DNA from: Escherichia phage JS98
Direction: 5' to 3' (one strand)
DNA length: 64,000 nt
Sequence record: NC_010105.1
Positions 1 to 8,732 of the stretch are shown in pieces. Each line of letters begins with the position of its first letter. Within the stretch, counting starts at the first letter, position 1. Below the pieces are notes generated by a model that was not told the DNA's origin, made no database searches, and was given only the letters and a program-made list of their open reading frames with translations. Made by a program: the position numbers and the translations under genes.

Positions 1-14
1 AATATTTCCTTAGA

Positions 15-2225
15 TTAAGCCGCTTCCACGGCTTTCATGAATTTAACGATTTGAGCTACAGAAGCCTCGGTAATGGATGTTCCACGACGATACATGTAGT
101 CCGAAACTAAATGGTAATCAGATTCAAACTGTACAGTCATTTTATCATTGTTACTTGAAGCATTATTGGTTAACGTATTGAACGTCGTGTTACAGATTTT
201 CTTGATAACAGAAAGTTTGTCATCAGTGATATATCCATGGAAATTCATATAACGGAATATATCATAGAAATTACTCAGACGAGTATATGCTTCAGACACC
301 GGCTTATCACTGAAATACTTGGTCATGAAACCCAGCTCAGGGAACTTAGCAATGATTTCAAGATAATACCTTGCACGGGTATTACTACCAATATAATCAT
401 CAATATCTACCGCATCTAATGCTTCGGCATAAGCTTCTAACGTGGTTTCCATCAAGCATTCACATTGGCCTAACTTTTTAATCTTTTTGGCAATCTGAGG
501 GCGAATGATATGGAATTCGGTAACACCAATCAAATTAGCCATACGACACATAGTAGTGGTGTTGATGTCAAAGATGCCATAAGCTTCGTCCATTCCCATG
601 ATATCAGAACGACTACCAAACAGAACATAACCGGTAATTTCTTCAGCTTCGGCAGCAGTTAAGTACATGGTCTCTTGTTGCCAGCGCCCGTCTTTAATGA
701 ACCAACGGTAAGCACTTGGTGTTTTAGGACGAGGTTCGGACGAACGAACAGTAACCGGAATCCATGGCTTAACAATTTTATTCAGTTCAGAGACTTTATA
801 AAAATGAATGGTGTCACCTTTAAAAAGTTCTTTAACCTTTTCAAGTTGTTGCATTTGCAGCATTGAATTCGGGTCGACAAAAATAAGGTCAGTTCCGTAT
901 TTAGGAATATTGTTCTCTTTAACAATTTTCTTAGCCGAAGCACTGTTGTCCATTGCTAAGGCCCAAAGTCCTCGAACTAATGGCACACGACCCTTTTCAT
1001 CATCATAAACAATATGGATTTCTTTATTATTAATGCCTAATAGGCTACTAAGTCCTGCCACCGAAGAAGTATTACCACTCGGCTTAATTCGTTTCAAACG
1101 TGGGTCTGAAACGATTTCGTAAACAACACCCAAATTAATAAGGTCGTTTTGAAGTGTATAACGTTGGTACAATTTCTCGTATGTCAATTTTTCTGTAGTA
1201 AACAGGCTAGTCCCACCTTTTTTGGTAAGATAGTCACGAGCACTGTAACCAAGGTTAGAAAGGTCGCGATAAACATGGCGTGGATTATCAGATTCAACCC
1301 ATTCTTGTGTATCGTTTTTAAAGACCACTGCATCCAGTGCTTCGATACGGGTTGCAATATTTTCCATCGTACGTTTATCAAGAGACAACACTTCACGAGA
1401 CGGAGCAATATCCAGCGAGCCCATAGGGAACTTAATATAAACTACATCATGGCGAGTACGCATCCATGTGCCTTTATTATAAGCAGAATCCAATGGATAA
1501 ACAATACCACCATAAACTGCATAAAGTCCTGAACGTTCGAAGCTGCCATAATTTGTAGTGGTTACAGGATAGTAGTCTTCAAATTCAGGGAAATAATCAA
1601 CTTCAACACCGTCAACATCGCCAAGTCCAATGAACGGACGCATGATATATCGAACTTCAGTTTCAAACTTACGGAAATCTTCTTCATCGACAGGAACCGT
1701 GATTTCGATACCTGTTTTATCACCTGGCTGCATAGGTTCTACGAAAGTAGGTTTAATCTGCGGCCCATCACCATCCATATAAGCTACATAACCGCGAACT
1801 TCGCCATTGTGCCATGAGGTAATATTAAACGTTTCGGTATAACTGAACGGAGATTTTGAACCAAGGCCAAAGCCACCGATGAAATCGTTAGAAGCGGTTT
1901 TGGATGATGCGAAATAAGAGTTATACAAACCGGTTTCGTTTTCATCGCCACGAATCTGGAAATCACTCATACCCGGACCGAAGTCACGGCACACAAAGCG
2001 AGGGTCGAGCTTACCAGGAACCTGTACTTTCCAACGTTCTTTATTACCATTCAGAATATGAGCATCAATCATGTTGGTAATTAGTTCACGAACTACGGCA
2101 CGTACCTTATTACTATAAAGGTCTGATGAAAGAATTTTAAAGACCTTAGGCGAAGCCTGGATAGTAAATCCTGTGGACTTAGAGCCGTTGCCAATGATTT
2201 GTTCTTTTTCGGTTTCAATAATCAT
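15..2225 (-). CDS. rIIA: rIIA protein (GHKL-type ATPase N-terminal domain)
   Basis: 736-aa ORF; N-terminus MIIETEKE..GNGSK and ELITNMIDAH N-box-like motif match T4 rIIA from memory; sits next to topoisomerase gene as in T4; ATG at 2225. Confidence 0.9.
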   Translation of the reverse strand: MIIETEKEQIIGNGSKSTGFTIQASPKVFKILSSDLYSNKVRAVVRELITNMIDAHILNGNKERWKVQVPGKLDPRFVCRDFGPGMSDFQIRGDENETGLYNSYFASSKTASNDFIGGFGLGSKSPFSYTETFNITSWHNGEVRGYVAYMDGDGPQIKPTFVEPMQPGDKTGIEITVPVDEEDFRKFETEVRYIMRPFIGLGDVDGVEVDYFPEFEDYYPVTTTNYGSFERSGLYAVYGGIVYPLDSAYNKGTWMRTRHDVVYIKFPMGSLDIAPSREVLSLDKRTMENIATRIEALDAVVFKNDTQEWVESDNPRHVYRDLSNLGYSARDYLTKKGGTSLFTTEKLTYEKLYQRYTLQNDLINLGVVYEIVSDPRLKRIKPSGNTSSVAGLSSLLGINNKEIHIVYDDEKGRVPLVRGLWALAMDNSASAKKIVKENNIPKYGTDLIFVDPNSMLQMQQLEKVKELFKGDTIHFYKVSELNKIVKPWIPVTVRSSEPRPKTPSAYRWFIKDGRWQQETMYLTAAEAEEITGYVLFGSRSDIMGMDEAYGIFDINTTTMCRMANLIGVTEFHIIRPQIAKKIKKLGQCECLMETTLEAYAEALDAVDIDDYIGSNTRARYYLEIIAKFPELGFMTKYFSDKPVSEAYTRLSNFYDIFRYMNFHGYITDDKLSVIKKICNTTFNTLTNNASSNNDKMTVQFESDYHLVSDYMYRRGTSITEASVAQIVKFMKAVEAA

Positions 2226-2232
2226 ATTTTTC

Positions 2233-2436
2233 TCAATTCAGGTTACGTTTAAAAATATCTGCTACTTCAAGGAGCTCTTCCTTAGTAGCGATGTCGTTGA
2301 GTATTTTATATCTGATTTCTTTAAAGCGTTCTTTAAAATCTTCAGCTGCATTGATATCAAAAAATCTCTGGATTAGCCGGAATTCTTTGTGGACAGCTTT
2401 ATCAAACAAATCAATGTTGACTTTAAAGTTTGTCAT
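2233..2436 (-). CDS. hypothetical small protein (rIIA.1 position)
   Basis: 67-aa minus-strand ORF tiled between rIIA and next gene. Confidence 0.4.
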   Translation of the reverse strand: MTNFKVNIDLFDKAVHKEFRLIQRFFDINAAEDFKERFKEIRYKILNDIATKEELLEVADIFKRNLN

Positions 2437-2746
2437 TTTTAACTACCTCATGTTGAACATATTCTCTGGTAGAACCCAGTTCAGCCAGAATTCTTCTCAT
2501 AGAACCCATTGTACTTTTGTGCTCTCTGTGGCGATACAATATCTCTAGAACCTTTTCCTGGACAACAGGAGAGAGCGCCTGGTTATCTTTAATCTTTAAG
2601 GCAATAGATTTTACAGCCTTGAGATATTCTAGTCCCTTGCCGCTTGTAATCACTACTCCTTCGTCTTTACAATTGCGAATTGCGGTCTCCATAAAAGACA
2701 AAGCCAAGTTGTCAGTGTTCACTATACTATTATCTTGCATAATCAT
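2423..2746 (-). CDS. hypothetical protein
   Basis: 107-aa minus-strand ORF, overlaps downstream ORF by 14 nt. Confidence 0.4.
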   Translation of the reverse strand: MIMQDNSIVNTDNLALSFMETAIRNCKDEGVVITSGKGLEYLKAVKSIALKIKDNQALSPVVQEKVLEILYRHREHKSTMGSMRRILAELGSTREYVQHEVVKNDKL

Positions 2747-2800
2747 ATTCTCACCTCTTAGAGAATCGTATCACACTTTTAATCTGTTGTAAACCCCGAA

Positions 2801-2818
2801 AAGGGCCTTGCGGCCCTT
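2801..2818 (-). terminator. possible weak intrinsic terminator
   Basis: hairpin aagggcc-ttgc-ggccctt; on minus strand followed by TTTCGGGG, weak U-tract. Confidence 0.3.
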
Positions 2819-3024
2819 AATTAGTTGCTTGAATCGACTCTATAAACTTGACCACGGGTTTGGTAAACTTCGCCGTCCCATGTTTCAACTGTGATAGTAA
2901 CGTACTCGGCAAAAAGAGGACGTGTATCTGTCCAGAGATAACCATATTCACCTGTGACGAGCGTAACCCAGTACTTTCTCATAAAGTCTCCTTTTATACG
3001 GTACTCATGTACCGTACGTATTTA

Positions 3025-4842
3025 TTATGACATCCAAGCCTTACGCAGCTGTGGGTCGTTTCCAAGGAGCATTTCGAACTGGTCTTTCCAATCTTCAGGT
3101 AATTGAACTACATCGAATTTAGGGTCTTGAATCATTCGACGGTATTCAGCCTTCTCAAGAGAACCGAGACCTTTAATATAACGAATAGAATGCTTAGGTA
3201 GAGAGTCCTTAGCTTTGGTATAACTAGGTACATCATAGAACCATTCCTGTTCTTTACCTACCTGAGCAATAATTACAGGAGTCTTACAGAAACGAATTCG
3301 TCCCTGTTCAAACAATTCCGGCCACTGACTAAAGAAAGCTAATAACGAAGGATAAATCGAACCAGTACCATCCACATCGGCGTCAGTCATGATAGCGATA
3401 TTACGATAGTTGGTTTTATCTGCAGGTTCACCAATAACCAGTCCGGTGATTGCACAGATATCAAACAATTCTTTGTTCTTCATGATATCGGCAGCAGTCA
3501 TACCCCAGGTATTCATAACCTTTCCGCGTAACGGATAACCACCTTGGAGGTCTTTATTACGAACTTCAATGAAAGGACCCATTGCAGAATCACCTTCCGT
3601 AAGGAATAAAGTCGTATCAGCGTCTTTGCCATACATATTGGCTTTAATATGCTTATGGACCTTGGCTTTCAAAGCTTTCTTAGCAGCTTTTGTTTCGGCG
3701 GCTTTTTCAGCAGCGAGTTTACGTGCTAAAGCTGCTTCGACAATAGGCATAATCAACCCATCGACCTTAAGAATAGCCGTTGCAATTTTCTTAGCATCAA
3801 TTTGGATATGGTTACGAATCTCACCAAACGGAGAGGTTAATCGCTCTTTAGTCTGTGAATCAAAACGCATATTGCTCATATCACGAATGAACATGACCAT
3901 CGTAAGGCATTCTTTAACACGAGCCTTAGTTACTTCGATTCCTTTATATTTCTTTTTAATACCAGGCAGAAGGTGCTCACAGATATCATCAAACACACAT
4001 TCAACGTGGTGACCACCGTTCTTAGTATGGATATTGTTTACATACGTCAGTTGACGGAACCCGTCCGGAGAAGGAGTAAAGGCCATCGAAACATTATCAG
4101 TTTCTTGGATTACAAAGTCTTCACCAAATTGCTTAGCATACTTTTTAAAGTTACCATCTACTTTTTTACCATTAAAAGTAAATTGGATATCTGGATAAAT
4201 TACGGCCAGTGTTTGAAGACGGTCTAATGTAATATCCAGATAAATTTGGGACAGGCTATTTTCTTCGAAATGGCTAAAGTCTGGGGTGAATATAACCGAA
4301 GTACCCTTACCTTTAGATTTCTTAGTAGACCAACCTTTGTTTTCCATTCCGTTGGAACAGTTAACAGTAATCTCATTCTCACCATCAGAGGTGATGCCTG
4401 TGAACAAAACAGAGAAGATATTAGTTAAACTACTACCAACACCGTTCATGCCGCCTGTCTTACGCTCGGCGTCATCTCCAAAGTTACCACCGGCCTTTGG
4501 AATAGTCCATGCAGCTACAGGACCCGGAATTTGTTCACCGTTTTGGTCGGTAACCATTGCTTGAGGAATACCACGGCCATTATCAGAAACTGAAACCTGA
4601 TTATTCTTAATTTGGACATCGATTTTATTTGCGAATTTAAAATTGGTACGAATAGCTTCATCGACAGAGTTATCAATGATTTCGTCAATTAATTTAACCA
4701 GTCCAGGAACATAATTCACCTGGGTAAAATTACCAAACAGGAATCGACCGTGAGCTTCATTAGCACTTGAGCCAATATACATCCCACTACGTTTTTTGAT
4801 ATGTTCAATGTCGGACAGTACTTTAATTTCATTCTTAATCAT
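3025..4842 (-). CDS. 39: DNA topoisomerase II large subunit, fused gp39/gp60 equivalent
   Basis: 605-aa ORF; MIKNEIKVLSDIEHIKKRSGMYIGS N-terminus as T4 gp39; GyrB-like; length equals gp39+gp60 as one continuous frame. Confidence 0.9.
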   Translation of the reverse strand: MIKNEIKVLSDIEHIKKRSGMYIGSSANEAHGRFLFGNFTQVNYVPGLVKLIDEIIDNSVDEAIRTNFKFANKIDVQIKNNQVSVSDNGRGIPQAMVTDQNGEQIPGPVAAWTIPKAGGNFGDDAERKTGGMNGVGSSLTNIFSVLFTGITSDGENEITVNCSNGMENKGWSTKKSKGKGTSVIFTPDFSHFEENSLSQIYLDITLDRLQTLAVIYPDIQFTFNGKKVDGNFKKYAKQFGEDFVIQETDNVSMAFTPSPDGFRQLTYVNNIHTKNGGHHVECVFDDICEHLLPGIKKKYKGIEVTKARVKECLTMVMFIRDMSNMRFDSQTKERLTSPFGEIRNHIQIDAKKIATAILKVDGLIMPIVEAALARKLAAEKAAETKAAKKALKAKVHKHIKANMYGKDADTTLFLTEGDSAMGPFIEVRNKDLQGGYPLRGKVMNTWGMTAADIMKNKELFDICAITGLVIGEPADKTNYRNIAIMTDADVDGTGSIYPSLLAFFSQWPELFEQGRIRFCKTPVIIAQVGKEQEWFYDVPSYTKAKDSLPKHSIRYIKGLGSLEKAEYRRMIQDPKFDVVQLPEDWKDQFEMLLGNDPQLRKAWMS

Positions 4843-4864
4843 GTTATTTCCTCATGTAGTAGGA

Positions 4865-4891
4865 GAATATTATCCCATTTCACTTAAAGCA
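4865..4891 (-). promoter_or_regulatory. middle (MotA-box) promoter upstream of gene 39
   Basis: minus strand reads TGCTTTA, 12-nt spacer, TAATAT, then SD GAGGAAA and ATG at 4842. Confidence 0.45.
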
Positions 4892-4894
4892 TAA

Positions 4895-4910
4895 AAGGGC
4901 CGAAGCCCTT
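4895..4910 (-). terminator. intrinsic terminator
   Basis: hairpin aagggc-cgaa-gccctt overlapping stop of lipoprotein gene; minus strand followed by TTTTAT. Confidence 0.55.
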
Positions 4911-5169
4911 AATCAAATCGAATGGTCGACTTTTTAAAGAATAACCCAGAACAAACTGTTCCTTCAACCCTTTTACCTGTCGGCCCTACAGCAATAAAGC
5001 CTGTACGCTGGAAATCATCTTCAGAACAACCAAATAGGTTGTATCCTGTGATTTGGATTTGTTCGTAGCCATTTGCATCCAATACACGGGTGGCATTATC
5101 AGCATCAGTACAACCAACCAACGAAACTGCTAGTACAAGAGCTGCAATAGAACGATTAACATATTTCAT
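4909..5169 (-). CDS. putative lipoprotein
   Basis: 86 aa; signal peptide MKYVNRSIAALVLAVSLVGC with lipobox-like LVGC. Confidence 0.5.
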   Translation of the reverse strand: MKYVNRSIAALVLAVSLVGCTDADNATRVLDANGYEQIQITGYNLFGCSEDDFQRTGFIAVGPTGKRVEGTVCSGLFFKKSTIRFD

Positions 5170-5175
5170 AATTTC

Positions 5176-5352
5176 TCACTTAGTTAGCAGGTCATAGAAC
5201 CCGCCGTTAACATGTTTAGGAGCCGAAACTAACCGAACAGCCAGCCGATGGCAATCAGGGCAAACATCATTATCTCTTTCAGAGATTTTCTTGATTTTTT
5301 CGTATTCTTTTGCACAGTCTTCGGATTGGCATTTGTAATCATAAAGTGGCAT
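5176..5352 (-). CDS. FmdB-like zinc-ribbon protein
   Basis: 58-aa ORF not in track; MPLYDYKCQSEDCAKEYE...CPDCH (CxxC...CxxC); SD AAGGAA before ATG at 5352. Confidence 0.5.
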   Translation of the reverse strand: MPLYDYKCQSEDCAKEYEKIKKISERDNDVCPDCHRLAVRLVSAPKHVNGGFYDLLTK

Positions 5353-5353
5353 A

Positions 5354-5791
5354 TTATTCCTTAAAGTGGGCTTTCAACATCTGGTAAACGGTCCAGGCTT
5401 CAGAGTTATTAGAAATGGTGATTTTAGTCAAAGGAAAATCACTCGGTTCGGATGGGGCTGCGTCTTCAGACTGGTCTTCGTCTTCAGAAAAACCATCTTC
5501 GGCCCATTCGTCTTCACTGTCAACTACAACCATTTCCGTAAAGAATTTACGCTCGCTTGGATATAAAACCATATCAATGTTATCACCATAAGCCAAGTCC
5601 ACGTTCATCACATAACCTGCCGCTAATCTAACAGGGCAAAAACCTTCGGCATTGACAATAATATCGGCTAAGCTAGAATTATCAGGATTCCTAATATTAT
5701 GGACATTCAGCTTACGGAATTCAGCTTCTGCCGCGTCATCTTTAAAATAGTACCATTTACCTTTTTCAAATTCGAGTTCTTGATTAAGCAT
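5354..5791 (-). CDS. hypothetical acidic protein
   Basis: start re-placed to ATG at 5791 (MLNQELEFEKG) with SD GGAAGGA; track start is upstream extension. Confidence 0.45.
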   Translation of the reverse strand: MLNQELEFEKGKWYYFKDDAAEAEFRKLNVHNIRNPDNSSLADIIVNAEGFCPVRLAAGYVMNVDLAYGDNIDMVLYPSERKFFTEMVVVDSEDEWAEDGFSEDEDQSEDAAPSEPSDFPLTKITISNNSEAWTVYQMLKAHFKE

Positions 5792-6002
5792 TGTAAGTTT
5801 CCTTCCAGAAGTCGGTGCCTTCAGCAGTGATTTCACGGAACACTGCATAGATAGGGTTTTTATCACCTTGATTTTCGTATACATAAACCGACGATAAATG
5901 AGAAAACGTATCAGAATGTTCCTTTTGAACCACGATTAAATCAGGGTTGAACAGAACATCTTCAAATTCTTCACGAGTCGAGTTCACAGTAACTTTAGCC
6001 AT
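5784..6002 (-). CDS. hypothetical protein
   Basis: 72-aa ORF directly downstream of promoter-like element at 6033-6062. Confidence 0.4.
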   Translation of the reverse strand: MAKVTVNSTREEFEDVLFNPDLIVVQKEHSDTFSHLSSVYVYENQGDKNPIYAVFREITAEGTDFWKETYNA

Positions 6003-6032
6003 TTTATTTTCCTCTCATTTGTTGATAGGGTA

Positions 6033-6062
6033 ATAGTATCACTACCCTACCGTATTGTATAC
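6033..6062 (-). promoter_or_regulatory. early-type promoter (variant -35 GTATAC)
   Basis: minus strand GTATAC-N18-TACTAT followed by conserved CCTATCAAC leader. Confidence 0.4.
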
Positions 6063-6075
6063 TGTTTTTTAAACT

Positions 6076-6627
6076 TTATGCACGGTGAATGTTAGCATAT
6101 TCAACAATAAAGCTTTCAGGAACAACCTTAAAGGTTCCAAGGAACACGATGTTATAGAGCTTAACGCCACCTTCAACCCACTGGTCTGTGATGTAACCAG
6201 ACATGCTACTGGTTTCGTAAGTACCAAAAGGTTCGTCAACATATTTGAACGGTTTAGGAGTATTAAAACACACTCCTCGACCCAATTTCCATTTGAAATC
6301 AACGCCGACATGAGATTGGTCAATAGTTTCAACGTCTTGAGCTACTATGCCACGGATATCATTGCTTTCACATACATACCCATCATGGGATTCAACTTCT
6401 TCAACTACAGGAGCGATGTATCCGGTAAATTCAGTCGATTCTAAAAATTTAGGGCGAACATAAGCAAATTCGGTTTCGGTCTGGCCATTTTTAGGAATAA
6501 TACGCACTTTAACTTCTTTAATTCCACCTACTAAATTGGTACGAATACCTGCAACTTCAACAAAACGACCTGCGGCTTTTGAGCGAGATTCTTTGGATAC
6601 ACGAACAATTTCACCGATAGTAATCAT
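6076..6627 (-). CDS. hypothetical protein, paralog A of tandem pair
   Basis: 183 aa; C-terminal TDQWVEGGVKLYNIVFLGTFKVVPES conserved with 6701-7249 product. Confidence 0.5.
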   Translation of the reverse strand: MITIGEIVRVSKESRSKAAGRFVEVAGIRTNLVGGIKEVKVRIIPKNGQTETEFAYVRPKFLESTEFTGYIAPVVEEVESHDGYVCESNDIRGIVAQDVETIDQSHVGVDFKWKLGRGVCFNTPKPFKYVDEPFGTYETSSMSGYITDQWVEGGVKLYNIVFLGTFKVVPESFIVEYANIHRA

Positions 6628-6700
6628 AATTTTTCTCTCTTGGTTAAAGGATTATAATCCATAAGAGCCATTATAACATGGCTCTCGATAAAGTAAACTA

Positions 6701-7249
6701 TTAATTCAATACATTAACCACTGCACTACGAGGTACTACGCTAAAATCACCAGCATGTACAACGTTCAGGAGTTCAACACCATCTTCAATCCACTGGTCT
6801 GTTACCCAACCACAGATAGGATTATCAAAAGGACGACGGATAGCCACAGCAGCACACAACAGGTCGGTAGGGCCTTGTTCTTCAACTTCTTGGAACAGGA
6901 TGAACTCGTCTTCATAAACCAGGTTTTTCTCTATTTTGTTATTATCTAACCGGCGACCGTGGAGGACGTAAGATTTGTCAAACCACTCACTTTTGGCGAA
7001 TTCTTCAACAATAAATTCGCCTTCGCCAAAAACATAAGTCAGAGTTTTATAACCAGAAATCAAGGCCTTAGTTTTAATTTCAGGTTCAACCAGTTTGTAG
7101 GTTTTGCCGATTTCGATAGTCTGAGTAGTCATAGTGGGTTCCTTAATTTCCAGTGGTTTAACAGGGCATACATAAGTGCTTAAAACATCAAAATCAATCA
7201 GTTTAGCTGCCGGATTCGGGGTGTATTTAGGGTTGTAATTAAATTTCAT
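6701..7249 (-). CDS. hypothetical protein, paralog B of tandem pair
   Basis: 182 aa; C-terminal TDQWIEDGVELLNVVHAGDFSVVPRS conserved with 6076-6627 product. Confidence 0.5.
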   Translation of the reverse strand: MKFNYNPKYTPNPAAKLIDFDVLSTYVCPVKPLEIKEPTMTTQTIEIGKTYKLVEPEIKTKALISGYKTLTYVFGEGEFIVEEFAKSEWFDKSYVLHGRRLDNNKIEKNLVYEDEFILFQEVEEQGPTDLLCAAVAIRRPFDNPICGWVTDQWIEDGVELLNVVHAGDFSVVPRSAVVNVLN

Positions 7250-7755
7250 ATTGTTCTCAATTCAATAAAATCTACGAGTTCGGCATAGGATTTGCGGAAC
7301 ATTACTTGGCGGCCACCGATGACAACCTCATCTTCTGGTATTTCGTAAACAGCAAGATAGAATCCTTTAGAAGATAATTCTTCGCGCTCTTCACGAGTGA
7401 ACCAGCGCATCATATCATACTCACTGGCAAAAGCAAAATGGTAGAGGTTAACAAACCAGCCTGGAATATAATCGTCGCAGCCTTCATAATCGGGTCGTTT
7501 CCACTTAGTTCTAATGGTTTTATTAGAATTTTCTACCAGCAACTTATCTTGACTTGGTAGTGGGATATTTTTATTAATGCTATGATGATGTCTAAAAATA
7601 GGTCTGTCTAAACCTACTTCCAATAACCAGCCTTCACTCCACGAGTCTGTTGTACTTCTATACGGGGTCATTTGAGTACAGAGGTCTCGTCGTATTGTGA
7701 TAGCGTTTCCATCATCTAAGATACTGAACGATGACTCAACTCGATAAATTTTCAT
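7246..7755 (-). CDS. hypothetical protein
   Basis: 169 aa; ATG 7755 preceded by SD GAGGAGA and early promoter. Confidence 0.45.
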   Translation of the reverse strand: MKIYRVESSFSILDDGNAITIRRDLCTQMTPYRSTTDSWSEGWLLEVGLDRPIFRHHHSINKNIPLPSQDKLLVENSNKTIRTKWKRPDYEGCDDYIPGWFVNLYHFAFASEYDMMRWFTREEREELSSKGFYLAVYEIPEDEVVIGGRQVMFRKSYAELVDFIELRTI

Positions 7756-7781
7756 TTTGTTCTCCTCATGTTGATAGAGTT

Positions 7782-7810
7782 ATAGTATCATGTCATGAGG
7801 AGAAGTAAAC
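7782..7810 (-). promoter_or_regulatory. early promoter (GTTTAC-N17-TACTAT)
   Basis: plus strand atagta 7782-7787 and gtaaac 7805-7810; 17-bp spacer; intergenic. Confidence 0.6.
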
Positions 7811-7814
7811 ACTT

Positions 7815-8489
7815 TTATCGATTTTTTACACTTAATGGGTCTGGATTCTCAGGAACATCTTCCAGGCTCAAGGCATACCGTTGAGCGTATTTCAGCATCA
7901 AGATATCCTTGGCGCAGTCATGGATGGAGTCGTGAGCAACAAAGCCATTCAATGTCCCGTTAGGCAGAGGACACATGCTCAATCCACGCGTCAGTGAATA
8001 GGCTTCAATGGCCGTACGGATATCGCGTTGGTTCCAGAATTTAACCGGTTCCAACTTAGTGGTATCGATTTCGTTCTCAGGAACACCTTCAGAACGATAA
8101 GCATCACGAATAAGGTCCACTAAGATTGGAAAGTCAAAGGACATTCCGCGGCACCACATCTGGGATTTCCATTGGTCCACTTCGTTTTTACGGCAGTATT
8201 CCAAGAAATTACCAATGCCAATAGAAGTAGTCACATCAATTTCAGATGGGGCCAGGTTTTTGCGTGCTTCGGGACCCTGCTCTTTCCACCATTGTAATGT
8301 GCTTTTAGAGAACAGACGTTTATCGCGTTGAGAAGCCAAATCGAATTTAATACGAAGGCCACGTTGAGTAAGCTCTTCAAAAGATTCTACTACCTCTGGA
8401 TTAGGGTCATAAGCAATTACGGCGAGGTCAATAACCGCTGCATTTTGGGTAGTGGCAAAGGTTTCGAAGTCAATAATTATATCTTTCAT
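7815..8489 (-). CDS. dexA: exonuclease A (DnaQ-like 3'-5' exonuclease)
   Basis: 224 aa; IIDFETF exonuclease motif; position upstream of dda as in T4. Confidence 0.85.
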   Translation of the reverse strand: MKDIIIDFETFATTQNAAVIDLAVIAYDPNPEVVESFEELTQRGLRIKFDLASQRDKRLFSKSTLQWWKEQGPEARKNLAPSEIDVTTSIGIGNFLEYCRKNEVDQWKSQMWCRGMSFDFPILVDLIRDAYRSEGVPENEIDTTKLEPVKFWNQRDIRTAIEAYSLTRGLSMCPLPNGTLNGFVAHDSIHDCAKDILMLKYAQRYALSLEDVPENPDPLSVKNR

Positions 8490-8725
8490 TTAACGTACCT
8501 CATAAGGTCTCGGATTTGGCCAACAGTATAGTCTTCAATATAAACCGAAGAGATATTGTCGTCCATCAGTTTTTGCACTGCAATAAAATCACTTTCAATC
8601 TCTTTAAGTGAATGCAAGACCTTATGAGCCTTGCCACGGATATTTGTATCGTCTGGGTTGACCTTAATAATATATTCCGTCTCGAATTTCAACTTATAAA
8701 ATTGGTCTTTAGTTACTTTAATCAT
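8486..8725 (-). CDS. hypothetical protein
   Basis: start re-placed to ATG 8725 (MIKVTKDQ) with SD GAGGAAA. Confidence 0.4.
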   Translation of the reverse strand: MIKVTKDQFYKLKFETEYIIKVNPDDTNIRGKAHKVLHSLKEIESDFIAVQKLMDDNISSVYIEDYTVGQIRDLMRYVK

Positions 8726-8732
8726 ATTTTCC

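Noticed and set aside
237-419. Plus-strand ORFs lying inside minus-strand genes (for example 237-419, 3569-4012, 9915-10238, 27785-28345)
   Set aside because: They are antisense to well-supported conserved genes, lack Shine-Dalgarno sequences and have biased composition; treated as shadow ORFs
2801-2818. Hairpin at 2801-2818 as a strong terminator
   Set aside because: The trailing U-tract is interrupted (TTTCGGGG); kept only as a low-confidence feature
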